This document shows, piece by piece, positions 6,804-15,001 of a DNA stretch of 22,630 bases. Below the pieces are notes generated by a model, which saw only the letters and a list, made by a program, of their open reading frames with translations, did no database searches and had not been told where the DNA came from. The DNA is taken from assembly GCA_036351155.1 (NCBI GenBank), contig JAZBOO010000367.1, positions 1-22,630 on the forward strand, in the 5' to 3' direction. The DNA is from Candidatus Krumholzibacteriia bacterium (GTDB taxonomy: Bacteria > Krumholzibacteriota > Krumholzibacteriia > LZORAL124-64-63). The position numbers and the translations under genes are program-made. The first letter of the stretch is position 1. The number at the start of each line of letters is the position of its first letter.

Positions 6804-7784
6804 ATGCTGCAACGTCACCGTACGGGATTGGCCGCCCTGGCCTTGACCCTCATGATCGCCGGCGGCGCCCTCGCTCAGAGCGGCGCCCTCGCTCAGAGCG
6901 GCGCCCAGGACCTGACCATCGATTTCGCCAACCTGATGCCTCTCGATGAAGCCGTGGACGGCGTTTATGAAGGCTGGGCCATCATTGGCGGAGCCCCTGT
7001 CAGCACCGGCGTGTTCAATGTCAACGCCTCGGGGCAAACCGTGGAACCGGGCACCGGCAACGTCATCGGCTACTTCGCCACCGGCGTGGATCTGGGAGAG
7101 GCCACCGACATCAAGATCTCCCTGGAGCCCGTGGGTGACAGCGACCCCGGCCCGTCCGGCCTGATCGTGCTCGAGGGCATGATCGACGGTGACACCGCCC
7201 AGTTACAGGCCGCCCTGCCCGGCCTGGACATGCTGCCCGGCGCCATGGCCCACTACATCCTGGCCACCCCCAGTGACAACGACGTGGACACCATGAACGA
7301 TGATCAGGGTGTCTGGTACCTGTCCATGCCCGGTCCTGTGGCCGGTCTGACCGGCTTGCCCGACCTGGGTGCCGGCTGGGTGTACGAAGGCTGGGCCGTC
7401 GACGTTTCCGGCTCCTCCCCCATGCCCTACAGCACCGGCACCTTCACCATGGGTGAGGGCGCCGACTCGGACATGGCCGGCTGCAACGGCGGCGGCCCGG
7501 GTTTTCCCGGCCAGGACTTCACGGCCTTTCATTGCGGCCCCGTGCTCGACCTGGACAGTGGCGACTTTGCCCTCGTCATTTCCATCGAGCCGGTGCCTGA
7601 CAACAACCCGGCTCCTTTCCAGTTCAAGCCCCTGGCCGGCATGGTGCCGACCGATGGCGTGGGCATGGCCCACAGCCTGAGCAACCAGACCGGCGACACC
7701 TTCCCCACCGGCGTGGCCACCCTCAGTGGTGTCACCCCCGTGACCAGCTCGACCCTGGGCGGCCTCAAGGCCATTTTCCGGTAA
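6804..7784 (+). CDS. Secreted acidic protein with two internal YEGW...STG.F...EP repeats (resembles the RskA C-terminal-like family) and a short C-terminal tail motif (326 aa)
   Basis: AAGGAG SD (6792-6797) before ATG 6804; Sec signal peptide; repeats VYEGWAIIGGAPVSTGVF..ISLEPVGDSDPGP and VYEGWAVDVSGSSPMPYSTGTF..ISIEPVPDNNPAP; ends TPVTSSTLGGLKAIFR; followed by a terminator. Confidence 0.85.
   Translation: MLQRHRTGLAALALTLMIAGGALAQSGALAQSGAQDLTIDFANLMPLDEAVDGVYEGWAIIGGAPVSTGVFNVNASGQTVEPGTGNVIGYFATGVDLGEATDIKISLEPVGDSDPGPSGLIVLEGMIDGDTAQLQAALPGLDMLPGAMAHYILATPSDNDVDTMNDDQGVWYLSMPGPVAGLTGLPDLGAGWVYEGWAVDVSGSSPMPYSTGTFTMGEGADSDMAGCNGGGPGFPGQDFTAFHCGPVLDLDSGDFALVISIEPVPDNNPAPFQFKPLAGMVPTDGVGMAHSLSNQTGDTFPTGVATLSGVTPVTSSTLGGLKAIFR
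6862..6906 (+). repeat. Perfect 18-bp tandem repeat, 2.5 copies (GCGGCGCCCTCGCTCAGA)
   Basis: Read directly; encodes GALAQS-GALAQS-GA at the signal-peptide cleavage site. Confidence 0.95.
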
Positions 7785-7804
7785 AATAAGGGCCCAGAAG
7801 CCTG

Positions 7805-7845
7805 AACCCCCCTCCTGGATTTCGGTCCGGTTGGGGGGTTTTTTT
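7805..7845 (+). terminator. Intrinsic terminator
   Basis: AACCCCCC..CTGGAT-TTCG-GTCCGG..GGGGGG followed by T7, 20 nt after the stop at 7784. Confidence 0.85.
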
Positions 7846-7916
7846 GGGTCTGATCCTCGGCCATGCAACCCGGATCCACATCCCCGTTTGTCTCACCGCA
7901 CAAAAATGCACATATT

Positions 7917-7977
7917 TGGTCTGGTTTTTGCTCAAAGATCCACATCGTGGGGGATTACCGCGTTTTTTCCGTATAAT
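7917..7977 (+). promoter_or_regulatory. Candidate promoter elements for the beta-barrel gene
   Basis: Sigma54-like TGG-N10-GC spacing (TGGTCTGGTTTTTGCT, 7917-7932) and a perfect TATAAT (7972-7977) lacking a good -35. Neither is a full consensus. Confidence 0.25.
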
Positions 7978-8000
7978 CTGTCGAGGAGGATGTCGACATC

Positions 8001-8675
8001 ATGAGAAAGCTTACGCCACTTTATGTGACGGTCCTGGCCATGTTCACCGTCCTGGTGGGGACCGCACCGGTCAGTGCCGGAGAGTTCGTGGGCGGGATCA
8101 ACCTGGGAGCCGAGGCCGGATTCGGTGGCCATGTGCACGGCACCTTCCGTAACTTCACCCAGGACCTGCCGCTTTCTGCACGCTTCACCGCCGGTTACCA
8201 CAAGGCCAGCGCGGGCGATCCCTTTGCGGCCCGCCGGGTTTTCATCAACAACAACACCAACGGCACACCCGAGGACAGCGCCAAGTACCTGCAGGCGCGA
8301 TTCGACCTGGTCTTTCCCGTGTTCAAGGTGGGACCTCAACAGATCTTCCTGTTCGGGGGACCGCGGGTGGCCAAGTACTCCGCCGAGTTCGTCTACGTGG
8401 GGGGCAACGAGGATTTCGAGGTCAAGACCAGCCCCTGGGGCATCGGAATGGGCCTGGAAACGGCCTTTGCCGTGAACGACCGCACCGATTTCCTGATCCA
8501 GGTGGGACTTGACCACTTCAGCAAGTCCGACCTCGAGGGTCACGACACCATCTACACCGCCGATGGCGACTACATCAATCCGCGGGAAGATTACACCTGG
8601 GACAGCGCCAACGACGCCGTGGATCAGCCCGAGACCGAGGTGCTGGTCATGGTGGGGATGCAGATCAAGCTCTAG
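8001..8675 (+). CDS. Small outer-membrane beta-barrel protein, function unknown (224 aa)
   Basis: GAGGAGG SD; signal peptide ending VSA; alternating amphipathic strands (YLQARFDLVF, WGIGMGLETAF, DFLIQVGLDHF) and a terminal strand VLVMVGMQIKL. Confidence 0.8.
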   Translation: MRKLTPLYVTVLAMFTVLVGTAPVSAGEFVGGINLGAEAGFGGHVHGTFRNFTQDLPLSARFTAGYHKASAGDPFAARRVFINNNTNGTPEDSAKYLQARFDLVFPVFKVGPQQIFLFGGPRVAKYSAEFVYVGGNEDFEVKTSPWGIGMGLETAFAVNDRTDFLIQVGLDHFSKSDLEGHDTIYTADGDYINPREDYTWDSANDAVDQPETEVLVMVGMQIKL

Positions 8676-8753
8676 ACACCGATTCGAATCCGGGCCAGGT
8701 CGAAGGTGACGCGTCCTTCACCGGAAGACCCTCGGATCTCTCCTGCCTGGAAT

Positions 8754-8788
8754 CAAGGGCGGCCCACGAAAACCTCGGGCCGCCCTTG
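8754..8788. terminator. Strong hairpin between convergent genes, probable bidirectional terminator
   Basis: Perfect 12-bp stem CAAGGGCGGCCC (8754-8765)/GGGCCGCCCTTG (8777-8788); T-tracts are short on both strands. Confidence 0.65.
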
Positions 8789-8793
8789 GATTT

Positions 8794-9081
8794 TCAATCG
8801 TGGGCGATGGGCTTGTCCGTGAAAAGAAAATCCTTCAATTCCTTGTCGAACGTGGGATCCTGCCGCCTGATCCATTCCAGGATCATGGCCGCATGTTCCT
8901 TCTCTTCGTCTCGGTTGTGAGCCAGAATGGATTTCAAAGCCTTGTTCTGGCAAGCGTCGACGCGCTGGTTGTACCAGTCCACCGCCTCGAGTTCTTCCAT
9001 CAACGACGTGATGGCACGGTGCATGTCGCGAGTTTCGGCAGACAATTCAGAAATCGGTTCGTGATATCCTTCATTCGCCAT
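8794..9081 (-). CDS. Encapsulin-associated-type ferritin-like protein (EncFtn/Flp family), 95 aa
   Basis: HEP...HRAITSLMEELEAVDWYNQRVDA...ILAHNRDEEKEHAAMILEWIRR..LFT closely matches my recollection of Rhodospirillum rubrum EncFtn and Nitrosomonas NE0167; ferroxidase Glu/Tyr/ExxH residues present; GGAGG SD. Confidence 0.93.
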   Translation of the reverse strand: MANEGYHEPISELSAETRDMHRAITSLMEELEAVDWYNQRVDACQNKALKSILAHNRDEEKEHAAMILEWIRRQDPTFDKELKDFLFTDKPIAHD

Positions 9082-9103
9082 GATTCATTCCTCCATCTGG
9101 GGG

Positions 9104-12100
9104 TTAGCCAGCTTCGACTGGCTGCCTATCCTCTTCTTCCTCTCCCACCCGCTTGGCCTTGGAGAACCGCGCCAGCAGCGAATAGACCACCGGGACCAGC
9201 AACAGGGTCAGGAAGGTGGAGAACATGACGCCGCCCACCACCACGATGCCCAGAGGCTGCCTGGATTCGGCCCCGGCGCCCATGCCGATGGCGATGGGCA
9301 AGATGCCGAAGACCGTCGACAGCGAGGTCATCAAAATGGGGCGCAAGCGGATGCTGGCCGCTTCGATCACCGCCTCGACGATGTCCTTGCCACGCGAGCG
9401 GAGCTGGTTGGCGAACTCCACGATCAGGATGGCGTTCTTGGTCACCAGCCCGATCAGCATGATCAGCCCGATGCGTGAAAAAATATTCAATGTCTGGTCA
9501 AATACCCAGAGGGAAAGCAACGCTCCGAAAACCGCCAGGGGCACCGAAAGCAGAATGGTCAAAGGGTCGACAAAGCTTTCAAACTGGGCCGACAGCACCA
9601 GGAAAATGAACACCAGTGCCAGCACGAACATGAAATAGAGAGTGCCCTTGCTTTCACGGTACTCGCGCGACTGGCCACCCAGGTCCCGCTTCACGGTCCG
9701 AGGCAAATCATTGCGCCAGATGTTGTCCAGGTCGTCCAGGGCCTGCCCGATGCCGATCCCCGGCGCCAGGTTGGCCGTGATGGTGGCCGAGCGTACCCGG
9801 TTGAAGTGGTTCAGTTCCTTGGGGGCCACCGTTTCGGTCACCTTGACCACGTTGGCCAGCTGGACCAGCCCGCCGGACCCGCGCAGATAGATTTCCTCAA
9901 TGATCTCGGGTGTGGACCGGTCGGCAGCCTTCATCTGAGCAATCACATCGTACTGCTTGGTGCCGCGCTTGAAATCTCCCACCACCCGGCCACCCAGATA
10001 GGTTTCCAGGGTGGTGCCAATATCCGTCACCGACACACCCAGACCCGAGGCCCGGTTCCTGTCGATCTCGATCTGCAGTTCCGGCTTGTTCAGGCGCAGA
10101 TCGGTGTCCAGGTTGATCAGGTATCCCAGCTCACCCGCCCTGGCCATCATGGTCTGCACGGCCTCGCCCAGTTCCTCGTAGCTGTCGGCCTGAAGAACAT
10201 ACTCCACATCCGACGACGAGAACCGCCCGCCCAGGCTGGGCGGATTCACCAGGAAGGCCAGCACACCCGGCACCCCCAGCAAGCGGGGGAACATCTGTGC
10301 CACGATTTCCTGCTGGCTGCGATCGCGCTGGTCGCGTGGCTTGAGGTTCAGAAAGACGAACCCGTTGGTCACCCGACCCGGGCCACCGAAGCCCAGACCG
10401 GTGGCAGTGAACAGACCGTAACGCTCCGGAAGGGGAAGCAGCTGCGCCTCGATCATGCGCATGTAGCGATCCGTGTATTCCAGGGTGGCTCCTTCCGGGG
10501 CCAGAACCACGCCAAAAGCAGTGCCCCGGTCCTCGGTGGGTACCAGCTCCTCGGGCAGCTGGCCGAATATCCAGCCGGCTGCCGCCACCAGGCCCAGGCC
10601 CGCCAGAATGACCAGGGGGCGAAACCTCAAGCAGAAACGCAACGTGGCTTCATAGGTTCGGCCCAGTCCATCGAAGAAAGCGTCGAAGGAACGCTCGGCC
10701 CAGCTGCGAGGGCGCGTCCTGTCCACACGCTGGAGGATCCGGGAACACAGCACCGGGGTCAGGGTCAAGGCCACGAACGACGAGATGATGACGGCCACGG
10801 CCAGGGTGATGCCGAACTCGCGGAACAGACGTCCCACGGTTCCGGTCAGGAAGGCCACCGGAATGAACACCGCCACCAGGGCGATGGTGGTGGCCAGCAC
10901 GGCAAAACCGATTTCACGTGCCCCGTCGAAGGCCGCCTGCCGCCGGGTTTTCCCCATTTCCACGTGGCGGACGATGTTTTCCAGCACCACGATGGCATCA
11001 TCGACCACCAGACCGATGGCCAGCACCAATGCCAGCAAGGTCAGGATGTTGATGGTGAACCCCAGGGCGAAGGCCACGGTGAAGGCTCCGATCACCGACA
11101 CGGGGATGGCCAGGATGGGAATCACCGTCGCCCGCAGACTCTTGAGGAACACGTAAACGACCAGGACCACCAGACACAGGGCGATCAGGATGGTCTTCTG
11201 CACCTCGTTGACCGAGGCCTGGATGAATCCCGAGGAATCGAAGGCGGTGTCGATGCGCATGCCCTCGGGCATCAAAGACTGCAACTCGGGCAGGGCACCA
11301 CGCACAGCCTCGGCCACCTCCAGGGTGGACGCCTGCTTCTGCTTGACGATGCCCAGTCCCACGCTGGGCGAATCGTTGAAGCGGGTCACGGTCCGTTCGT
11401 CCTCGGGTCCGATCTCCACCTCGGCGATCTGACTCAGGCGCACGATCTGGTCACCCCGGTGCGCCACGATGATGTCGGCAAATCCCTCCGGCGTGTTCAG
11501 CTCACCTCGGGTTCGCACCGCGAACTCGCGCTCGTTGCCTTCCACGCGGCCGCCGGGGATTTCTGCATTTTCTTCTCGGATGGCCCGCTCCACGTCCTGG
11601 ACCGTCAAACCGTAAGACGCCATGGTCATGGGCTCCAGCCACACACGCATGGCATACCGCCGCTCGCCGCCGATGAAAATGTTGCCCACGCCCGACAGCC
11701 GCTGCAGGCGCTCCTTGAGGATGCGGTCGGCAAAATCGGAAAGCTCCAGGGTGGTGTGGTTGTCACTGGAAACGGACAGCCACATGATGGGCTGAGCATT
11801 CACATCCACCTTGGCCACGATCGGGTCTTCGGCCTCCCGTGGCAGCTGACCGCTGACCCGGGACACGCGGTCGCGCACATCGTTCGCCGCTTCGTCCACG
11901 TCGCGACTCAGCTCGAACTCGATCGTGATCACCGACCCCTGCTCGCGGCTGCTGCTGGTGATGGTCTTCACCGACTCGATGGTGGTGAACTGCTCCTCCA
12001 GAACATCGGTGATCTCGGTTTCCACCACGTTGGGGCTGGCCCCGCGGTAAAAGGTGGTCACCGACACGATGGGCGGATCGGTTTCCGGAAACTCCCGCAC

Positions 12101-12199
12101 CGGCAATCGTGTAAAAGATATGTAGCCCAGCAACATGATGGACAGGCTCATCACCGTGGCGAACACCGGACGTTTGATGGCAACTTCACTCAGTTTCAT
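9104..12199 (-). CDS. RND efflux permease, AcrB/HAE1 type (1031 aa)
   Basis: IKRPVFA N-terminus; proton-relay motifs GLVVDDAIVVLENI, GLVTKNAILIVEF and RLRPILMTS; typical RND length and hydrophobic layout. Confidence 0.97.
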   Translation of the reverse strand: MKLSEVAIKRPVFATVMSLSIMLLGYISFTRLPVREFPETDPPIVSVTTFYRGASPNVVETEITDVLEEQFTTIESVKTITSSSREQGSVITIEFELSRDVDEAANDVRDRVSRVSGQLPREAEDPIVAKVDVNAQPIMWLSVSSDNHTTLELSDFADRILKERLQRLSGVGNIFIGGERRYAMRVWLEPMTMASYGLTVQDVERAIREENAEIPGGRVEGNEREFAVRTRGELNTPEGFADIIVAHRGDQIVRLSQIAEVEIGPEDERTVTRFNDSPSVGLGIVKQKQASTLEVAEAVRGALPELQSLMPEGMRIDTAFDSSGFIQASVNEVQKTILIALCLVVLVVYVFLKSLRATVIPILAIPVSVIGAFTVAFALGFTINILTLLALVLAIGLVVDDAIVVLENIVRHVEMGKTRRQAAFDGAREIGFAVLATTIALVAVFIPVAFLTGTVGRLFREFGITLAVAVIISSFVALTLTPVLCSRILQRVDRTRPRSWAERSFDAFFDGLGRTYEATLRFCLRFRPLVILAGLGLVAAAGWIFGQLPEELVPTEDRGTAFGVVLAPEGATLEYTDRYMRMIEAQLLPLPERYGLFTATGLGFGGPGRVTNGFVFLNLKPRDQRDRSQQEIVAQMFPRLLGVPGVLAFLVNPPSLGGRFSSSDVEYVLQADSYEELGEAVQTMMARAGELGYLINLDTDLRLNKPELQIEIDRNRASGLGVSVTDIGTTLETYLGGRVVGDFKRGTKQYDVIAQMKAADRSTPEIIEEIYLRGSGGLVQLANVVKVTETVAPKELNHFNRVRSATITANLAPGIGIGQALDDLDNIWRNDLPRTVKRDLGGQSREYRESKGTLYFMFVLALVFIFLVLSAQFESFVDPLTILLSVPLAVFGALLSLWVFDQTLNIFSRIGLIMLIGLVTKNAILIVEFANQLRSRGKDIVEAVIEAASIRLRPILMTSLSTVFGILPIAIGMGAGAESRQPLGIVVVGGVMFSTFLTLLLVPVVYSLLARFSKAKRVGEEEEDRQPVEAG

Positions 12200-13272
12200 C
12201 GGGCAGCCCCGCCTTCTTCACCCGAGCTGTGCACGGGCATCACCTTGGCTCCGGGATAGAGCTTCTGGTGACCGGCCACCACCACTTCCTGATCTGCCGT
12301 CAGCCCCGCCACCACTTCCACGGAATTGGCCATACGTGTCCCCAGCTCAACGGCCGTGCGCCCCACTGTGCTGTCCGGGTTGACCTGGTAAACAAAGGCT
12401 TGCCCACCTTCCACGAAGATCGCCTGGCTGGGCACGGTCAGGGCGGCATTGCGCTGGTTCAGGACCACGCTGATGGTGGCCGACATGCCCGGCCGCAACA
12501 GTCGGTCAGGGTTGTCCACCAGCGCCACCACTCCCACGTTGCGGGTCAGGGGGTCCAGCTGGGGTTCAATGACATCGATGGTCCCGTTCAATGACTCATC
12601 GGGAAACGCCGTGGTGGTCACCGTGACCTCGGCACCGACCCTGAGGGCCCCCATCAGGCGCTCGGGCACCGCAAAGGTCAGGCGCAGCCTGTCGATGCGG
12701 GTCAAGGTGGTCAAGGGCGTGCCCGCTCGCACGAAGGCCCCCCGGCTGATTTCCCGCTTGCCGGCCAGGCCGGGAAAGGGTGCGGTGATGCGCGTCTTGG
12801 CCAGCCGGGTTTTCGCCAGAGCCAGATTGGCCTCGGCCACCTTGAGGGCGGCCAGGGCATCGTCCAGGTCCTGAGGCGCCCCCGCTCCCTGCTCCACCAC
12901 CTGCTGCACCCGATCAAAAGTTGCGCGGGATTGCTGATACAGCGCCTGGGCCCGCTGGACCTCGGCCTTCAGCTGCGCATCATCCAGCTGGGCGATCAGC
13001 TCATCCTGAGCCACCGGCCCACCTTCACGAAACGGCAATGCGGTGACGATGCCGTCGATCTCTCCCGTGACCGCGATGTCGTCTGCGGCCTCCAGGGTGC
13101 CCACCGTGGTGAAGTTGTCGGTCACCGCCTGCACGGAGACCGGGGCCGCTTCCACCGGAGTGGGCGGCCGCTGAAAAGCTCCGCCACCGCCACCAGGGGC
13201 CTCGCCCTGGCAACCGGCCATGGCCAGCAAGCCGCATCCCCACAGCAAGATATGTTTGCGCATCACTTTCAC
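12196..13272 (-). CDS. RND periplasmic adaptor (membrane fusion protein), lipoprotein (358 aa)
   Basis: Lipobox-like LAMAGC; lipoyl half motifs (IDGIVTALPFREGGPV, ITAPFPG), LLRPGM; 4-bp overlaps with both neighbours; AAGGAG SD before the GTG. Confidence 0.95.
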   Translation of the reverse strand: MKVMRKHILLWGCGLLAMAGCQGEAPGGGGGAFQRPPTPVEAAPVSVQAVTDNFTTVGTLEAADDIAVTGEIDGIVTALPFREGGPVAQDELIAQLDDAQLKAEVQRAQALYQQSRATFDRVQQVVEQGAGAPQDLDDALAALKVAEANLALAKTRLAKTRITAPFPGLAGKREISRGAFVRAGTPLTTLTRIDRLRLTFAVPERLMGALRVGAEVTVTTTAFPDESLNGTIDVIEPQLDPLTRNVGVVALVDNPDRLLRPGMSATISVVLNQRNAALTVPSQAIFVEGGQAFVYQVNPDSTVGRTAVELGTRMANSVEVVAGLTADQEVVVAGHQKLYPGAKVMPVHSSGEEGGAAR

Positions 13273-14858
13273 GATCCGTTCTCCTTGGTTCCGTTTCCGT
13301 TGTACCAGCCCCCGGTCAACTGACGCAGGACAGCCGCCGCCCGCGCCGTGCGCACCAGGGCCTGAGAGTAGCGTTGCTGGGCGTTGCCCAGATCGGCGGC
13401 CAGGCGCACCAGTTCAAAGGCCGTGGCCTGTCCGTTCTGGAATTCGATCATTCCGATTTCGACCTGCTTGTACGAAGCCGACACCCCACGGCCGGCAATT
13501 TCCAGGCGCTGCCGTCCACGCTCCAGTTCACGGTGCTGGGCGCGGATTTCTTCCTCGAAAGCACGCTGAGCCGACAGCAGAACCTGCTCGGAGCGCACCA
13601 CCTCGGCCCGCAGGCGATCTCGCTCGCCCGAACCTTCGCGGTTGCCCAGAGGCACCGAAAAAACCAGCCCCACGTTCCAGGTGGGAAAGTCGCGGCCAAG
13701 GGCCTGACTGGCTGCATCGCCCCGGCTCCCGCTGATGGTGGTCCGGGTAGGAGCCGGATTGCCGGGAAAGAAAACGTCCTGGGGATTGCCGGCCAGACCG
13801 TTGCCACCCAGCCCACCGACCAGGTCCAGCGAAGGACGCGCATCCCAGACCGCCCCGCGTTCCCGGGCCTTCAGGGCCTCGGTATCCCGCATGATGGCCT
13901 GGAGCTCGGGGTTCTGGCGTCGAGCCACCGCCACCAGTGAGTCCGGATCCACGACCAAGAAATCCCCTGGCGGACGATCTCCGGGCCGAAAGCGCTTCCC
14001 TTCCGGTCGCCGTCCCAGCAAGCTGGCCAGTCGGTCACTCAGGCGATCCAGATCTTCCTCGGTGTCCAGCACGGCCTGTTCGGCTTCGGTCAGAAAATAC
14101 TCGGCATTGGCCACCTGGCTGGGCCCGATCATGCCCGCCGAGGCCCGCAGACGCGTGTCATCCAGAAAGGCCTGAGCCTGGCTGCGGACCATGAGGGTCA
14201 CACCCAGATTGCGCTCGGCCGCATACAGCTGCCAGTAGACCGTCTCCACCTCGGTGGCCAGAGCCAGCAAGGCTCCCTCGTAGCGGGCCAGGGCCCCATC
14301 ACGGGTGCTCTCGGCAAAGGTCAAATCTGACCGTGCCGCCGGGCCAAACCCCTTCAACAAGGGGTGGCGCATGGTGAGTTCACCGTACGACTGATACTCG
14401 GGCGACAGGGCGGAGAACGAGGAATTCGAGGACAGCCGCAGCGAATTCAAGGATGCGGAAAATTCGGTACCGAACGTGGTTTTCAGGCGGGCACCGGCGG
14501 CCAGCTCGGTGGATTCGGTTTGGAGGACATCGGCCCCGGCAAACAGCGAGGCCGAAGGTGTGTCCGCGCCGCTCATGGTGGCGCGGCCGAACAGCTCGGG
14601 ATCGAAGGCGCCTTTCTCTCGACGGACGGCGCTCTCGGCGGCGGTGACCTGGGCCTGGGCGATACGAGCCGATGGGGCCTGTCCGCGGGCACCGGCGAGC
14701 GCGTCCTCAAGGGTCAAGACCTCCCCGGGAAAGCCCGCCACGGTGGCCGTCAAGACGCTGTCGGGGTTGGTCGGCAGGGGCTGGCCCGCACGGGCCTGTC
14801 CGCCCGAAACCTGGACCGCCAACAGAGCGCACAAAAAGAGGAGAACCCGTGGGTTCAT
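13269..14858 (-). CDS. TolC-family outer membrane efflux protein (529 aa)
   Basis: Signal peptide; two OEP-like halves (LTLEDALAGA..P, VETVYWQL, ARRQNPEL, FQNGQATAFEL, LRQLTG); first gene of the RND operon. Confidence 0.92.
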   Translation of the reverse strand: MNPRVLLFLCALLAVQVSGGQARAGQPLPTNPDSVLTATVAGFPGEVLTLEDALAGARGQAPSARIAQAQVTAAESAVRREKGAFDPELFGRATMSGADTPSASLFAGADVLQTESTELAAGARLKTTFGTEFSASLNSLRLSSNSSFSALSPEYQSYGELTMRHPLLKGFGPAARSDLTFAESTRDGALARYEGALLALATEVETVYWQLYAAERNLGVTLMVRSQAQAFLDDTRLRASAGMIGPSQVANAEYFLTEAEQAVLDTEEDLDRLSDRLASLLGRRPEGKRFRPGDRPPGDFLVVDPDSLVAVARRQNPELQAIMRDTEALKARERGAVWDARPSLDLVGGLGGNGLAGNPQDVFFPGNPAPTRTTISGSRGDAASQALGRDFPTWNVGLVFSVPLGNREGSGERDRLRAEVVRSEQVLLSAQRAFEEEIRAQHRELERGRQRLEIAGRGVSASYKQVEIGMIEFQNGQATAFELVRLAADLGNAQQRYSQALVRTARAAAVLRQLTGGWYNGNGTKENGS

Positions 14859-14966
14859 GGGTGATGACCTTTCGCAAAACAGGAAAGCCTACTGAATCCA
14901 TTCCAGGGGCCTCAAGCTAACACAATTCCCGGCCAAGTGCCCGGACAGGTTTAGGTCACCTGAAGA

Positions 14967-14995
14967 TGGACCCACCGGGCTCCAGCCTGTAGCAT
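14967..14995 (+). promoter_or_regulatory. Candidate sigma70 promoter giving a leaderless pldA transcript
   Basis: TGGACC-N17-TAGCAT, then 6 nt to ATG 15002; no SD present. Confidence 0.4.
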
Positions 14996-15001
14996 GGCCG
15001 C

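Noticed and set aside
8676..8750. TTCGAATCC T-loop-like word and small hairpins after the beta-barrel gene
   Set aside because: No cloverleaf or acceptor stem can be built; single copy; most simply 3' UTR structure.
9806..12259. 817-aa + strand ORF
   Set aside because: Antisense shadow of the RND permease.
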